The notes beneath the pieces were generated by a model. The model was not told the origin of the DNA. It saw nothing but the letters and a program-made list of their open reading frames with translations, and did not search any database. From Lingula anatina (lineage: Eukaryota > Animalia > Brachiopoda): 64,000 nt of DNA. The stretch spans positions 16,868,848 through 16,932,847 of the forward strand of contig CM120643.1 in assembly GCA_051362555.1 (NCBI GenBank). Reading direction: 5' to 3'. Every line of letters begins with the position of its first letter. The first letter of the stretch is position 1. The position numbers and the translations under genes were made by a program. Below are positions 36,556 to 51,100 of the stretch, one piece after another.

Positions 36556-37451
36556 ATGAGTAAGTGGTATTATTCTCACTTGGCAACCATTTGCTTTTTG
36601 TTTGTGTACATGTACTTTTCAGTTCCTATTTTTAAATTGAGGAATTTTGTTTTCTTGTAGCATCAAGATTAACTCAAACATCAGGGAATGCAATTAAAAA
36701 AAAATTACAAGTCCTGCTTAGAATATTAAATCAAATCCATATTTCTTGTACATGAACTTATTGAAAGTTTTTCAAAACTAGACCGTACGAAAAAAATGAC
36801 AAAATGAACCAGAAAACCATTAGATGAAGTAGGATATTGATATTTTCTGTATTTTTCACCTTATCTGCTGCAGTTATCGGTTGTTTTTCAAGACAATAGA
36901 TAACATGAAAATATAGGGATTAATAGCTTGTAAATCAACTCCAACATGAATTACTTCTTTTTCCTCATAGCCTCGTACCCAGGGGAACTAGGGGTGATGT
37001 ACCAAAAATTTGTCACCCCTGGGCCGGACAACTTCCACCACATTCGTAAACTGGACATCCGGCTGCGGTCAAACATTCCAGCCAGCCCAGCTTACAGCTA
37101 CACCAGTCGGAGCATAACAGATCCACAGCCCTCAAAATCGCACCGCAGGCGGAGCAAGACAGCCCCACACAAATTGTCAGCAACTACCAGGAACAGCGAG
37201 ACAGAATATATTCAAGATATTGTTGTCCCGGTAGGGTTTTCATTCTTGTGATTTTGATTTTTAACTAATGTGGAATTAATCAGGCCTTTTATTTGAAATT
37301 AGTAGAACTTCTTGAGAAATACACTGTGAGATATATTTGTTCATATTTTTATGTTTCAAAGTACGAAAAAAAATATTTCATAATTTTTTACATTTGTAGT
37401 TCTCGTAGATATTATTTATTTATTTATTCATTTATTTTTATTCATTCATTC

Positions 37452-37495
<44 letters not shown>

Positions 37496-40400
37496 TTGTA
37501 GTTGAACATTGATCATCATGAAGCAAAGAACCTAGAGAGATCAGTGTCTTCTAACTCCTTCGGGTAAGTTGTGAAGTTTGCACATCAAAACCTACGAAGC
37601 CTAACTTGAAATTATTAACAATTTTGAATGCAACATTAGATATTAGCTTATTGCTCTAATATACTAGTATATATTTTACCTTCAAGAACTTGCTACTTTA
37701 AAAAGGCGTGCTTGGCGTTTTGAGAAATGAAGGCTTGTGTTTAAAACCACATAAAACCAGTGACTTTGTAGAATTTGATAAACCATGAAAGTGGTAAGTA
37801 CAGAGAATTTATTATTTAATATAGATATTTAAAGCAATGTTTAATTTCAGTTCCCTAGCTACTATAAGCTGAGTCTTCTTAATAGCAGGCAAGAACATTG
37901 GCAAATGCAAGCATGTTATTTGGCTTTCTTTACTGCATGGCATAAAAGAATAGTTAATGGCACATAAATATCCATTACTTGAAAAAAATTCACTCTGATT
38001 TTTATATAATGATATTGCTATTTGATTGAGATATGGAATGGTGTGAAGAATTAGTACAAAACCTTCTGTAACAGCTTGTTGATTATTTTGATAATGAAAA
38101 GCATGATAGCTTTGCCCTGTCATTACGTGCATATTTAAGGCCTTGATTGAATTTTTCTCTGCATGAAGTAATGCAGTCAGCTTCTCTTGCTATCTGAGCA
38201 CAGACTGGTTTATGTTGGCATCTGGCATTGGGTTTGACATACTTCTTTTAGTTAATGCACATTTTAGCATGTACAAAGACATTGTATTTCACCTTTTTTT
38301 ACCCAGCATGTGGTAAATTTGATTAGCTTCACTCTTCAAATAATCTAGGAAGTTATTTAACTGAAAGATTGATTGACATTGAAATTACTTTTTTGTCTGA
38401 AATCTAAATTCACTCAGTGTTTACACTAGCGTTTTATTATATGATGCCAAATCCCTGTTAAGTGTTATATCGATTGCATAATCAGCCCTGTAATTTGTCA
38501 TTGACTCTGTTCAATCTTTTTATAAAATTCAGGCAGCAGCCTTTAGAAAAGTGAAATGTGTGAAGTTTTATTGCATTGAACTAAGACACGTTGTTTGTAC
38601 ATCGTGTTCGAATTTGCATCTATAGGCAAGAATTGGCCCATTTATTATATTATTAATCTTTTGAGTGATATATTTTCTTCCTATGTGTGTTTTTCCCACT
38701 GTAAATGAAATAATTTTATTTTTTGATTATGAACAAAAATTTGTAGTGTAGATTGATGATGAAACTATATATGGCCCACATCCAAAATCATGTATTATAC
38801 AGTCTATTAATGCTATGTCCAGCAGGTCATTTTAGTCTGGTCTTTCTTATAAATCATGCTGTGGCATGTAGAGCAGTCTAGGTGGACTTCAATACAGTAT
38901 ACCAAATTAGAAGTGGACAATCAATTAAATTCCTTCAATTTCTTCACAACATGTTTGTAACATTAAAAGGAGCATTTTTCTCCCATTTACAATGAAACAA
39001 AAAGTCAGACAGTTTGAAGTGCAATTAAGTTTATTACTTCTGGGGAATTTCTAAGCAGCATTGTTACAGCGTTCAATGCAACATTGTTCCTTGGTTACAA
39101 TAGAAATAAAAAGTCAACCAGTTTGAACTACAATGTTTCCAAACACAACACAATACCGCATTGTTGTGTGCTGCAATAAATTGGCTCAGGTTGGCGTCAT
39201 ACTTCATTGAGGTGTGTAACCCTTACTTGACCTTGACCCTTGACCTCATGACCTTGACCCCCATGTCTGTTAGATTCAGCTCAGTGGGGGAGGCAATCCA
39301 TCACAAGCTGATGTCGGGATGTCATTTGGCCCATTGTGCTTGTGATGTGGAGTGTCAAATTGATTGCCTGTGAAGTTGCAACTGGGGCCAAATTCAATAC
39401 AAATTTTAGTGCCGTTTTTGGACTCACAGGTGCTATGCGTAACTGTGACACTACTTATTTATGACTTATGTGTGTTCACATGGTTTAGAGGTTGTTTCTT
39501 TTTATTGGCTGCATCTGGGGCAGCTGTTGCCTTGGTTTTTTGTAAAATGATGTTCAAGTGCCAACTTAATATGGCATTAATTAGATTAAGTATGTGGCAA
39601 CAGAGTACAAAGATTGCTCCAGTCTTAACTTCTGAAGTTATTTAGAGTTAAATGTAATTGTTTTGAGATATGTGTGACATAGTAACGGAAGTGTTAACTG
39701 TAAACTGATATACTTTGTACCATTATAAAAGCCTACATTTTGTCATTTGGTTGATTTCAGTTCTAGAAGTCAAGTGAAAAGGGTGCCTCTGCATCACACA
39801 TCTCAAGAAACGCTCCAGAACGGCCAGACAAGACTTCACTCCCCAAGAGAGACAAAATCTCTCCCCATTTTTGGTGAGAGGTATATGGTAAGAAAATTAA
39901 ATTCATCTGCAGATTTATATCTTGAACTCTAACGAAATTCTAGCTAAAGAATTCCTTTTTACAGTGTGAAGTGCTCTTTGGAAAGAGTTTTAATTATGCT
40001 TTTGAGCGGTTTTATTCACAAATGATCATATAATATGTTTAAGAAGTGAAAATGCATTGAAAATTGTATGTTAATTGTCATGCAGGATAATACACTACAT
40101 TTTGATGGGTCATGAAGTTAGCCTTGGTTATTAATGTCTTCCTGTGAGCCCCTTTTATTGCATTGTTTTGTTAAAAAGGTCAAAATCTTTTCATTACATT
40201 TCTGTCCCACTTTTTTAGCGTCCTGGTCCAGGATCGACTACTTCAGAGGACTCCCTGACACTTTATGGGGCATCCCCACATCAAAGAAAAAGTTGGAATT
40301 CTAGTCCACAGGCCAAACGTTTAGAGGCAGAACAAAGATTTGTAGCAAAGTCCAGAATGCTGAAGAGAACTTCTGAAGTAGGTTTAGTTTTTTCATTTTT

Positions 40401-43400
40401 AAAAAAGACTTTCTTTTTTTTTTTTTTTGGCTTTTTATGAATCCTTTTGCACTGAATTAGCATACAAAATCAAGATTTACATGTAAACTGTATGTCTGTC
40501 TTTTGTATCTTTTTTTTTTTTGCCAAACATGATATTTTTCAATCAAAGGGAGCATTAAGAGAATTTCACTTTTTTTTTTTTAATGTTTTTTGCCCATCTT
40601 AGTCCACTTTTTTTTCTTCAAATACCTGTGTAGAGTGAAGCTTCTTCAAATTAAGTTTCATCTGCTTATATAATAAACAGACTTCAATTTTTACCTAGTA
40701 AAAACATGAATATATTTGTATCAAATATTTCAGGCCCAGGTTCACTCCCATCGTGTGGACCGCATGTATTACATGCAGGGACGTGCTTTGCACACTAAAC
40801 ACAAGTACGATGTAGATGAGGCAGAGCTACAACGATTGCGCGAGCTGGCACGCGTACGATCAATGCATTATAATAGAGCTCTGAGGTAAGGTTATGACAC
40901 TTGTGTGCGATATTGGATTTTGTATATTATTAATTTAAGGCTTCATTTAGGCCTGTTGACTTGTATTCAGTACAGGGCTCTGTAAACAGAAGAAAAAAAT
41001 ATTTACTAATCTCTTTGTTATTCTTGGCTCTTTATCAAAAAAAAATGATCAATTGAATAAATAAAATGTTTATCACATTCAGTGCTTGATGCGTGATGCG
41101 AGATCATGGTTTATTAAGTCCTGATAATGACAAATAACATCAATGTCTTCTCATCAGAAAAAGCTAGCAACATTGACTTTTTCTTGTTCCTTCTCTAAAA
41201 ATACTTGTGACATTTAGTCAGTGGTGACCTATTCAGTGTTATTTTAATTGGAAGTAGTGTTAAGTTATGCATGAGTGGTTAACTGGTATGACCTAGGAAT
41301 ATTGATAAAGTAGGAGACTTTATATGTATGGAGGTGTTCGGAAAGTGTGTCATGGCAGTAGTGATATACTAAATCTCGTGTGAGTGTGTGTGCGTGTGTG
41401 CATGCACATGTATGTGTTAAATTATGCATGAGTGGCTACTGATGTGGCCTAAAAATATAGATGAAGTAGGAGACTTATGAAGGTGTTGGGAAAGTGTATA
41501 TAGTAAGTCCACATGCATGCGTGTGTGTATGCTCATGCATGTACATACAGGTATGCACATATTTGCATGCATGTCGCACTTGTGTTGTGAGTGTGTTTGT
41601 GTTGTGTGTTGGAAGGTTCTTTTAGTATGTGTGTATGTGTGTTTGTATGTGTACAAAATTTGTGTTTTCACCCATTCATTCATTCTTTATTCTGCTATAA
41701 ACACAAAAGATGAAAACAAATTTTCTGATTTCCAGAGGCGACCACTACACACCTCACACAGGGGAGCAGACTACAGAGGTAAGTAATTAGCCTCCTGGCA
41801 GGTGCTGACATCTATAGTTGGCTCACAACACAGTAATATGTCATTCATAGATAGGCAATCAGTTATAACCATTTGCAAATCAAAGACAAAGATAAGGCAG
41901 ATTTTATATGCTTGCATGAGAAATGTTAGAAACAAACAAAGATGGGTATTATTTCTAAATTATTTTGATAAGAAACTTATAACTTTAAGTTAATAATTGT
42001 CTTTAATTAAGCAATTAGAAATTACTTGTGGCTCTGTACTGTAGGCTAACATTGTAATGAAATCTTAGTAATCTGTAATATAGCAGGCAAAAATGTTATG
42101 TGTACTAATCTTTTTACTAACTGTAATTTTTGTTGTTTACTGTACAATGTTGACAAATAACAATGTAGTTATTTATATTTATTTTTAAACTTGGAACCTA
42201 CAGGTTTATGGGTAAGAGCCCCCTTAGACCTATACTGTATTTTGCATGGGACCTGGTATAAGGCAGCATTCAAAATCAGGCCCTGTAGTCAGCAATTTCA
42301 AAAGGGGGGTTCTTTTTCTGAAAAAGTGGACCTTTTACTACAAAAACTTCATGTACCTAGATCAAATTTTACCCAGAGTGGACCTTTTCCCAGCAAAAAG
42401 GGTGGTTCTTTCGAACCCCCCGAACCCCCCTGGCTACGGGCCTGAAAATGGTTTTATTATTTAAGTTTTAGGACTAACTTGTATTACAAAAGAACTTAAG
42501 CTCAAAATTGGCCAGTTTTTATACCAAAATTTTGGTCTACTCTGTCAGAAATAAATCAGTATGAGCCCTGTGAAATAATATATAAAATAGATAACATGTG
42601 CTGATTTTATAATTTGGAAAAGCCATGGGTAAAATTTCAAACCAATACTTATTTAATTCATGTGTGCTACAATGGATTTATCAATCTTGGTCTAAAAATT
42701 TAGACAGCTTTTTTTTGTGACACTCACATCCTTAAATTTTTTGTCAGAACATTCTTGAATGCAGCCTTCATGTATATTAGTATTTCATTTCTTGAAAGCA
42801 CTTTATTTTTGTCTAGTAATGTTTTACTGAAGCACATATGGGATATCGTTTGCTTTAAACCTTACAATGTAGTATTAGGGAAGTGATTTAGAAATGGAAT
42901 TGGAAATGGAATTTAGAAATGGAACTCTGAATATTTTCCAAAGGAAGCACTGCATGAGGATAATTACACCCTTTGTTAGAATATTCAATCCACGAGCATG
43001 TTTGTGTAATGCAAAATTATAATTATCCACAAAATTATAATTAGACACTTCCAAATGTAAGTGACTTCAAATTGAGTGTAAGTTGTTTAAGTTAATGAGA
43101 ATTCATTTGAAGTCAAAAATGCTTTCAAAGGTAGATGATTATTGACATTAATTTTAATAAGTAGGGATAGAAACCCCCACACATTAGTAAAGAAATGAAA
43201 CATTTTTCAAATTTTAACATGTTTTTCTTATATTTTGTTTCAGGCGGTACAACAGTCCTCATCAGCTAGTGATTTACCGAAGATGACGGTGACAGGCAAA
43301 CATATGGTAGCTGTCGACCAAACCTTTATAACACAGGACTCTGGTCAGTTAATAACAAAATTTTGTTCTGAGAATTTCTTTTCAGCTATTTTATACAAGA

Positions 43401-44387
43401 CAAACTGCTATGCAGAGAGCATTTTTTTAAATCTGAAAATAGTTCTGATTTAATTTTAGTCAAAGATCAGGCAAAAGTTTGTTTTGAATTGTGAAAGATT
43501 TTGTCTTAGAGTTGCAGCCAGCACAAAGATAATTTCTGATCACACAGAACATGGAGGCAGACAGTCACTTTAATTTAGACTAAAAATGGTGCTTTGAAGT
43601 ATGATAAATCAGTAAATAACCCGAAAAGATGCATAATATTTTTAAATGATCTTTATTTTTAAGTCTCCTTCTGAAATAGGATTGACTTACATATTATAGG
43701 TAATGAGAGCAATTAAAATATGGCCTAGCTATTAATCAGTTGGTGTTATTAGTTCATCAGGCCTGTACTTAATTTTTAACATTTAATTGGCAATATTCTA
43801 TGTCCACAGGTCATGAGCTTCAAGATGGCAGCAGTCCGCCAAACAGACCAAATTCACCTTTAACTTCACGAAGTGGAGGCATGGAGGATGCAGCAGAAGA
43901 AGGGACGGTACACGAAAGTGGACAAGAGGGTTTGGGAGGGGAAAATGGTGACCAAGCTTTATGTAATGAACAAGGTGAAAAAAGTGACAAAAGCGAGTTT
44001 AATGAGACAACAAACGAAAGTGCTCATGACGTTGATCAGTCTGAAGTCACTCAAGAGGAAACATTAAAAATTGAAAATGATTTGACAGAAAAAGTTGATG
44101 TTGAAGGAGAGAATGCTGCAGTCAAGGAGGAAAACTTGCAGGATGTTGTTCAAGAAGTAGAGCAAAAGGAGGAGTCGCAAAATGCTGGAGAAAAAGAGAA
44201 TGAGGAAGAACAGGATTCCTTGGGTTTAGAGAATGGAGAACTACAGCAAAATGAAACAGATAATTTGATATCTGAGGAACTAAGTGTTAAAAACACAGAC
44301 AGTGAACCAGGGAATAAGAATTCTGGAGAAGTTGTTGAAGCAAATGAGCCACAAAGTGGAAAGTAAGTGAAAACATTCAATCAGCTG

Positions 44388-44431
<44 letters not shown>

Positions 44432-44836
44432 ATGAAAGGTCCATCACGATATGTTAAACCACATAAATGTATTGGGGAAGGGGGTTATAACAAAGTTTTT
44501 CTTATTAATTGAAGTTTTTTCTTTTCTTTTTTTCTTTTCTTTTCTTTTCTCTCTTTTTAACCTATAATTTGTTGTATAAATAACAAAATATAACAAAACT
44601 GTTAAAAAGAGAAAATTTTTATAATTTGTTTTTTAAACTAAAAACTTTTCAGTGAAGAAAGCCCCAATAGTGAGAAGAGTAACAAAGAAGAACCAGGAAC
44701 AGAAAGTGAAGCCCGCTCCCAAGTTGAGGAACCCGAGGACGACAACTTGAATGCTCAGAGCCAGGAAACAGAACCCGATGTAGCTGTGTCGGAGTCAGTC
44801 AGAGAAAAAGAGGAACTGGTTTCATCTGCTGACTGA
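36556..44836 (+). CDS. Uncharacterised protein, about 547 aa, basic/Ser-rich N-half and Glu-rich disordered C-half
   Basis: Exons 36556-36559, 36971-37230, 37502-37563, 39761-39887, 40219-40377, 40734-40885, 41736-41778, 43244-43343, 43810-44362 and 44653-44836 splice GT-AG into one 1644-nt ORF (MTSYPGELGVMYQKFVTPGPDNFHHIRKL...EKEELVSSAD*). No family was recognised. Confidence 0.82.
37410..37497. repeat. (ATTT)n microsatellite upstream of an acceptor
   Basis: Imperfect tattt/attc tetranucleotide run. Confidence 0.85.
42277..42444. mobile_element. CAGGCCCGTAGCCAG-type MITE
   Basis: caggccctgtagtcag ... ctggctacgggcctg, with an internal gtggaccttt duplication and AAAAT on both flanks. Confidence 0.8.
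42470..42725. mobile_element. Degenerate Harbinger-like MITE, copy 3
   Basis: ttaagctcaaaattgg...aaaattttggtcta...ttggtctaaaaatttagac resembles the elements at 9056 and 11851. Confidence 0.4.
44389..44429. repeat. poly(T) tract
   Basis: About 41 T residues in an intron. Confidence 0.95.
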
Positions 44837-47800
44837 ACTTAACAAAAAGAAATGTTATATCTAGTGAAAGGAAAGCAAATATTGTGATGGTATTGCAGGA
44901 GTACATACATTTAAACGGAGAGAGTAGGTGGTTTAGGTTCAATATTCAGTACATATAGTATAAGTTAAGGTGGTGACGAAGGTATGATTTTGGTTGTTGA
45001 TATATTTGGCTTGTATATTTAAGATGAGTTTGTAATGTATGAAATATAATTAAATTGTAATTGTACATTGAAAAACATAAAGGGTTTCATACATTGATTC
45101 CATTAGCTGTGTGGTTCTGGTGGACGTAAATGATGCTCGTTTATCAAGTATGGAAAAAATACAAAATTATTGTTTAGCTTAATTGTTATATTTTAAATAA
45201 TCATTGGATGCTTTGTACATTTTGGACACATGCTTTTTAGTTTTAAAACCTAGTAAGGAATGGTGAAATTTGTTTTGGGGGTATGCAACATTACAATGGG
45301 CTCAAATGAAACTTATGGTATACGTTAGGTCATGTGATGCACATGCAATTTTATCCCATTTAAGAATGCATTTTCTAGTCATAGTAAATATTTCATTTCA
45401 TTTTTTATAACATCAACATTTTCAACACAAGATATGTTTTAGTCTGTGTCTGGAGCACAATCAAATGTCGTTTGGAAGTCACTCTTACACAGTCACCACA
45501 ACTTTTTTTTTCTTTTCAATTTGCACTTCTAGTCTGTATTTGTACATAGTTCCCGCTCATTTTATGAAGGACATTTGCAACTTAACAGGCACAAATTCTC
45601 AAACCCTACACAACTGATAAAACAAAGCATTGTTTCTGTATTCTATTGTAGCAAATTGTTTCATCAAAGAATTTATTGATGCATGCATTTTCTGTGGATG
45701 TATAAAGATATTTTAGGGCAAGTTTTAAATAATATTATACATAATTTGTGCATTTTACAGAGTTATTAACAAGAGCTTTTTACTGCTTGTGGATAGTGGC
45801 CTCCTGGAGTATAGATGAGAAAAATGTGGCTTAGAATTTCGTCCTGTTGGATAGTGACACAAAGATTAATTATCGTTTCCATTGTTAAATATAGCTACAA
45901 CTTCCAACTGCTTTCTAACTGTGATATACTACAACTGGATTAAAGATAATGTAATAACATATACAAAGTTTTAATAGTCGATTGTGATTTTCAGAGATGA
46001 GCTTTTTTCCGCAGGAACGCGAAATTTCGCGTTTTTTATTTCAATTCTGATGGTTCCTAAGATTCGTCAAGATCTGTAATAAAATCTTGGGTGGATAATT
46101 TTTTTTTTTTTTTTTTGAAAACTATTCTCATGTCTGGTTTTAACAATCTAAAAGTAGTGTTTTATTACCGTTTATAGCAAGTAAGGAGGATGAATATTTC
46201 CCTCTGATCCCTGCATGCTATTTCATAAATATTTCTCTGGATGAAAATTTTACAAAGTGGGGTCCATATTTTCATTTCATGTAAGGACTACAAGGTGTTG
46301 TGAGAAATGGTGACATTCAAAATTTAACATTCTTAAAACGAATCCAAATGGGTATTTTCCCCCGCCATCTATAATGCGACAGGCGATCTTGAGGATTTCT
46401 GACCAAATCGGAACTATTTAAATATATTTTGCATCAGTTAGTGACTACATTCATAACGCATCATTTGGTAAGCAATTCATTCCAGCACTTAACCAACGAA
46501 TAGCGTAATAACTGTGACACCCCGACTAAGGAACGCAGTAATTCCAGTATAGACATCGCTTTAATTTGTACCTTGCGGGATATATACGATTTCCGTATCA
46601 TTTTTTTCTTTGACAATATCTCTACCTTTATTTAAGAGTGTTGGCTGCCTAAACTTAATCCAAGAATTCGGGCCGTCCAAGTAGTAATATTTTAGTTTTA
46701 TTCGATACAAGTTTATTCAAGACGGGAACCGCTATTGCACCTCCTACTTCTATCCAAGAAAAGAGGTCTTTCTTTTTTAGATTTATGATTTATTGATCGT
46801 ATTTTTGTGGAGTTCTAATAACCACTGTTGTGTAAGTGGCCTTTTTGCTGGCATGGGCCCATATTTCCAGAATAAATGCTGTTATGTCTTCATTTTGTTT
46901 CGTGGTTGCTCCTGCCAGTCTCGGGGATACGGAAGGTTGCACCGATATTATGAATTTTGACAGATAATGTTTTAGTGTTACGGCTATCCTACTGCCCCAA
47001 ACAGGTAAGAAATATGAATCTTTCACGGTCCGTTCGGTATTGTCTGCAGTCCCCGCTTTCTCTGTCACCATGAAGTTTATTTTTTATCATTACATCATTA
47101 CATTATGGTAGACTAGTGTAGTGTATTAAGGCCGTTTTACATGGTTTTGGGATTCAAACAATTACAGTAGCATATACACTGTATTTATTTATTTATTTAT
47201 TTATAATGGATTCATATAATTAACAAATCTACAAGTCAACTGACCGAGAGCAGAGATGATGCCCGTACAGATTGTAGATAACATGCACTGTTGGTGTTAT
47301 TCTCGTAAATGACTTTATTTGTATATATAACAGATCGAATTGCATTATTATCACCATTTCTGTGGTGCTGAAGATTGATACACATAAACACACACAAACA
47401 CACACACACACTAAAACAATCTGTTAAGCTACCGATTGCAACAGAGAAGATAATTTCTGTTCCCCTCCAGATGGCGCTATAGAACGGTTTCGTTTGTCAA
47501 ACCTGGCAAAAACTGCTCACATTGCAGCATGTAGTAAACCATATAAGGATATCCAGTGACCTACATAATGCCATTTTACTTTGGGGTGTGTATGAGGCTT
47601 AATTTAATTAACTTAGTCTAGAATATTTTCGAAATATGTGAGAAACAAAAGCTTCCTGTGCAATGTTATATTAGTACATTGTTAATCAAATTTTATCTGT
47701 CAAATTATGGCAATTGATAAATTGAAAGGGCGGTCACCTAGCTCTTCCTACCTACTACCCCGATGGGTCATTTGAAACCTGAACCCTTGGAAGAGATGTC

Positions 47801-48450
47801 ACATCTTCTTCCGTTCTGAGTGACCAAGGTGTGGATGCGAGGCGGCCAAGATACTAAGTATATGGATATTTTAGTTTTAACCGATTCAACGAAACGTTCT
47901 TAGACAATGGATTTGGGTATATGTCAAAAAATTATCTTTGATGCATTTAAAAATGGGTTTGATGATGTTGAACATTGGGTTTTGCCATCCATCAATTTTT
48001 CCCCACGTGATATTTTGTGTCCTTCATCCCTTCTTTATTTCGTCACGTACTTCATGACAGTGCAAATTGCAGTTGTGCCTCATGTTCTGTGTAGTTACTA
48101 CACAGAATTTTAAACTACATCGGTAAAATTAGTATTGGCAGTAAAGTTTTACATGCAAAATAGTCAAGATGGGGAAAATTCTATGGAGTGGCTCTTTTAA
48201 AATTTTAGCTGTTGAAATTAAGTAAGTGGTTTTTAATAAGATTGTGTGTTATACCAATAGTACAACAAAATAGTCACAATTGAACATTAAAGAACAGGAT
48301 AAAGGTTTAGTTTTATACTTCCATTTCGAATTTCGGCATGATTTCACAAATAATGCCATAATATGTAATATTTCGATTCACCGAAGTATGTGACCTAGTT
48401 AATAGCTGCACTGCTTTCTGTGTGACTGATTATGAAAGCAGCCATTTTCA

Positions 48451-48691
48451 AGGCATAGGGGGCGAATTGTTAGCGCCAACTTGGAAGTAATGTTAAAACG
48501 TAAATTTGGTATTTCTCATTTATGGCTAATGTCAATATCACGTTGCCTGATCAAAACGCTTTGTCCAAAGCAATTTACGATGTTTTTTTACCTCCAAAAT
48601 TTATCAAAACGCAGCATATTTAACACTACACAGTCATTAGTAACAGAACTTGTTTTATTTTGATAAAGAATAAAACCGCCCCTTATGTCTT
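48451..48691. mobile_element. Kolobok-like MITE relic
   Basis: aggcatagggggcg ... cgccccttatgtctt, with degenerate TTAA-like flanks (ttca / ttaa). Confidence 0.55.
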
Positions 48692-50744
48692 TTAACATGT
48701 TTTACTATAATTATAAGTCTGAGTTTGCCTCCATGACGTTTGTAAAACTGTTTGCGGCATTATCCAGCAAGGCAGCAAGTTGTGACTTGACGTTTATTTC
48801 AATGTTAACATAATGTTCAAAATTACGGAAAACTTCTTTTTCTAGTCCTGGAAAGCTGAAGCTCAATTTGACCTTTTCAAAGACGAAAAAACCTACCTTT
48901 CTGTTCTTGTAATTTTGCACATTTGGTGATTTATGTTACTTTTTCACGTCTTTTAATATGCTTTGAAGAGAAATAAATCATACTGAAGCAGTCTTAAGTT
49001 ATTGATATTACAAATAATGCATAATCAATTCAATCCGTTTTTAAAATTGTTGAATGCTTAGTTGACAAAATTCTATCAAAAGATTAAAATTTTTCAGTTT
49101 TTTATTTTCTAAATAGCGAGCATTTTGCTCGTCACTCGAAACTTACCATTTACAATATTTTCACTCGCTCCTGGAATTAAATTCTTAATTTTGAAGGCAT
49201 GCAATGCGGTTTACCAAAGCTAAAAAATCTGGACATTTCAGCAATTTTCTCTTTAGGTTTATTTTATCCAAAAACCGTTTCAAAAACTAAGATCTGAAAA
49301 ACCCATCGGGGTTCATTTCTATTATTCTATCGCCAAGTGTGAAATTCACAAGTCTTTATCTCCATAGCAAGGAGGACTTAAAAACTAGTTGCTTTAAACT
49401 CGTATCTATATCATCTTTTAAAGCTTGGAAACTTGCTGTCTTGTTGAGTGAAAAAGGTCAATTTACGGACCACAATCTATCATTTATTTTGAGTAATGGA
49501 GTATGTAAAGTCCACACATTGAAGACTCAATTTGAGAAAATTACATGTAGTTGAAAACCGATTTGGCTAATCCAAGTCTACCGGTTATTCTGTGCATAAA
49601 AAGAACATGGATATATTAAACGATTTTTGTTATTTATCTAAATTTGCTCATCTGGATTGTAATCTTAATATTACCGATTTTTCTTAAGTTAAGGTGAGTA
49701 GTATGTGCAATATATATTTTTTTGTAATTAATTTTTAATTATGACTTGCATTTATTGCATTAATTTGTGGAACAGATCTCAGTTTTGCATTAAGATGGAG
49801 GGGACAGTCATGTGATCCAAAGTTTCCTTTTTTCAAAACTCTGCTTTTTAACAATTTTATCTCAGAAGCACCTTCAGTAAATAGAGCTGCAGAAATTATG
49901 CTCACGTTTTTGTATGAGATCATTATTTATGTTCAGAAAGTTACAAAATATCTGTTACAAAATTTCGACTTTGAATATGAATGCAAGGAGTTGTAAGTAA
50001 TACCGTGATTTGTCCCTCCATTTTGCCTAGGTTTGATAATTACACATGTTGCAATTAAATGGCAAAATGTTTTTTTTTTTTCAATAATCAATGTCTCTAG
50101 GGGATTATTTTTTTTAATATTCCCCGTTGAAGTGTATCTGTATGTAGAATATTTGAACGTATTGGTTGCTGTTAAATGTTGACAAACTGCTTGTGATAAT
50201 TTCTCGCAAAACACAGTAAAAATGTCTTTTTTTCTTCCAAGTAATAACTGCCGGAATTTTATGTCGTATTAAATGTGGAATAAATTCTCAACACCTTATG
50301 GTTAAAATGAAACAAAAACAATGGCAGAAACTTATTTGGAAAGGGTGTCACATTTTGAAATTCTTGGCAATTTGGAGTTTTTTCGTGACTTTTAAAATCA
50401 TAATTAATTATATAAGAGCTGTAATATTTTTTTCCTGCGGTGGTGTGGGGTGAGACAGCTACTAGATCTGCCGTTGTTTTTGTTTAAAATGAAATTGATA
50501 ATTCTGATTGTCATTTTTATCTGAGATCACACATTAGCAAAGTAGATAGTTTATTTATCAAATCAAACCTGAGCGAGTCTTAATGCAGATATCAATATTT
50601 TTTATATATCTGGATATTCAAAACTTAAAATAACTTAGAGTATTTAAAAAATCTTTAACAAATATGAGAATCCATCAATGGTACTTTATTTTGCTCCAAA
50701 TAAAATATTTTACAATTATATGCAAAATGACTTAGCGTTATCAT

Positions 50745-51100
50745 TGGCTCGGTGGAACTCGAGTGGAGGTTCGATTCGGGTACATGAAACGTAATAAATT
50801 CCGTTTCAGAAGGGCGTTCAAAAATTCCCTTTAGTTACTATAAAAGAAAAGTCTACCGGGGGTGGGTGGGTGGGAACACTTGGAGGAGTGGATAGCACGC
50901 GTGACTCGGACCCAGCAAGACTAGGGTTCGAAACCTGGCGCTTCTAGGTCCCAGCAAATTACCTTTTGCAAAAAAAAAATCCAAATGAGTAATTTAAACC
51001 GCGACAAGAGGACCCTAAGATCTTAGAAAAGCAAGTCGAAGAAGTGGCTCAGTAGGTAAGACGGCAGAATAGTAAGCAGAAGGTGGAGGGTTCGAGATGA
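50745..51100 (+). other. Cluster of three degenerate tRNA-like (Pol III A/B-box) units
   Basis: A-like/B-like pairs: TGGCTCGGTGG 50745 / GGTTCGATTC 50768; TGGAGGAGTGG 50881 / GGTTCGAAACC 50925; TGGCTCAGTAGG 51045 / GGTTCGAGAT 51089. The cloverleaf stems are broken. Confidence 0.55.

Noticed and set aside
47760-47830. Possible minus-strand tRNA-SINE head
   Set aside because: The A and B boxes are too degenerate to support a call.
50881-51100. Functional tRNA genes
   Set aside because: Acceptor and anticodon stems do not pair. Kept only as tRNA-like units.
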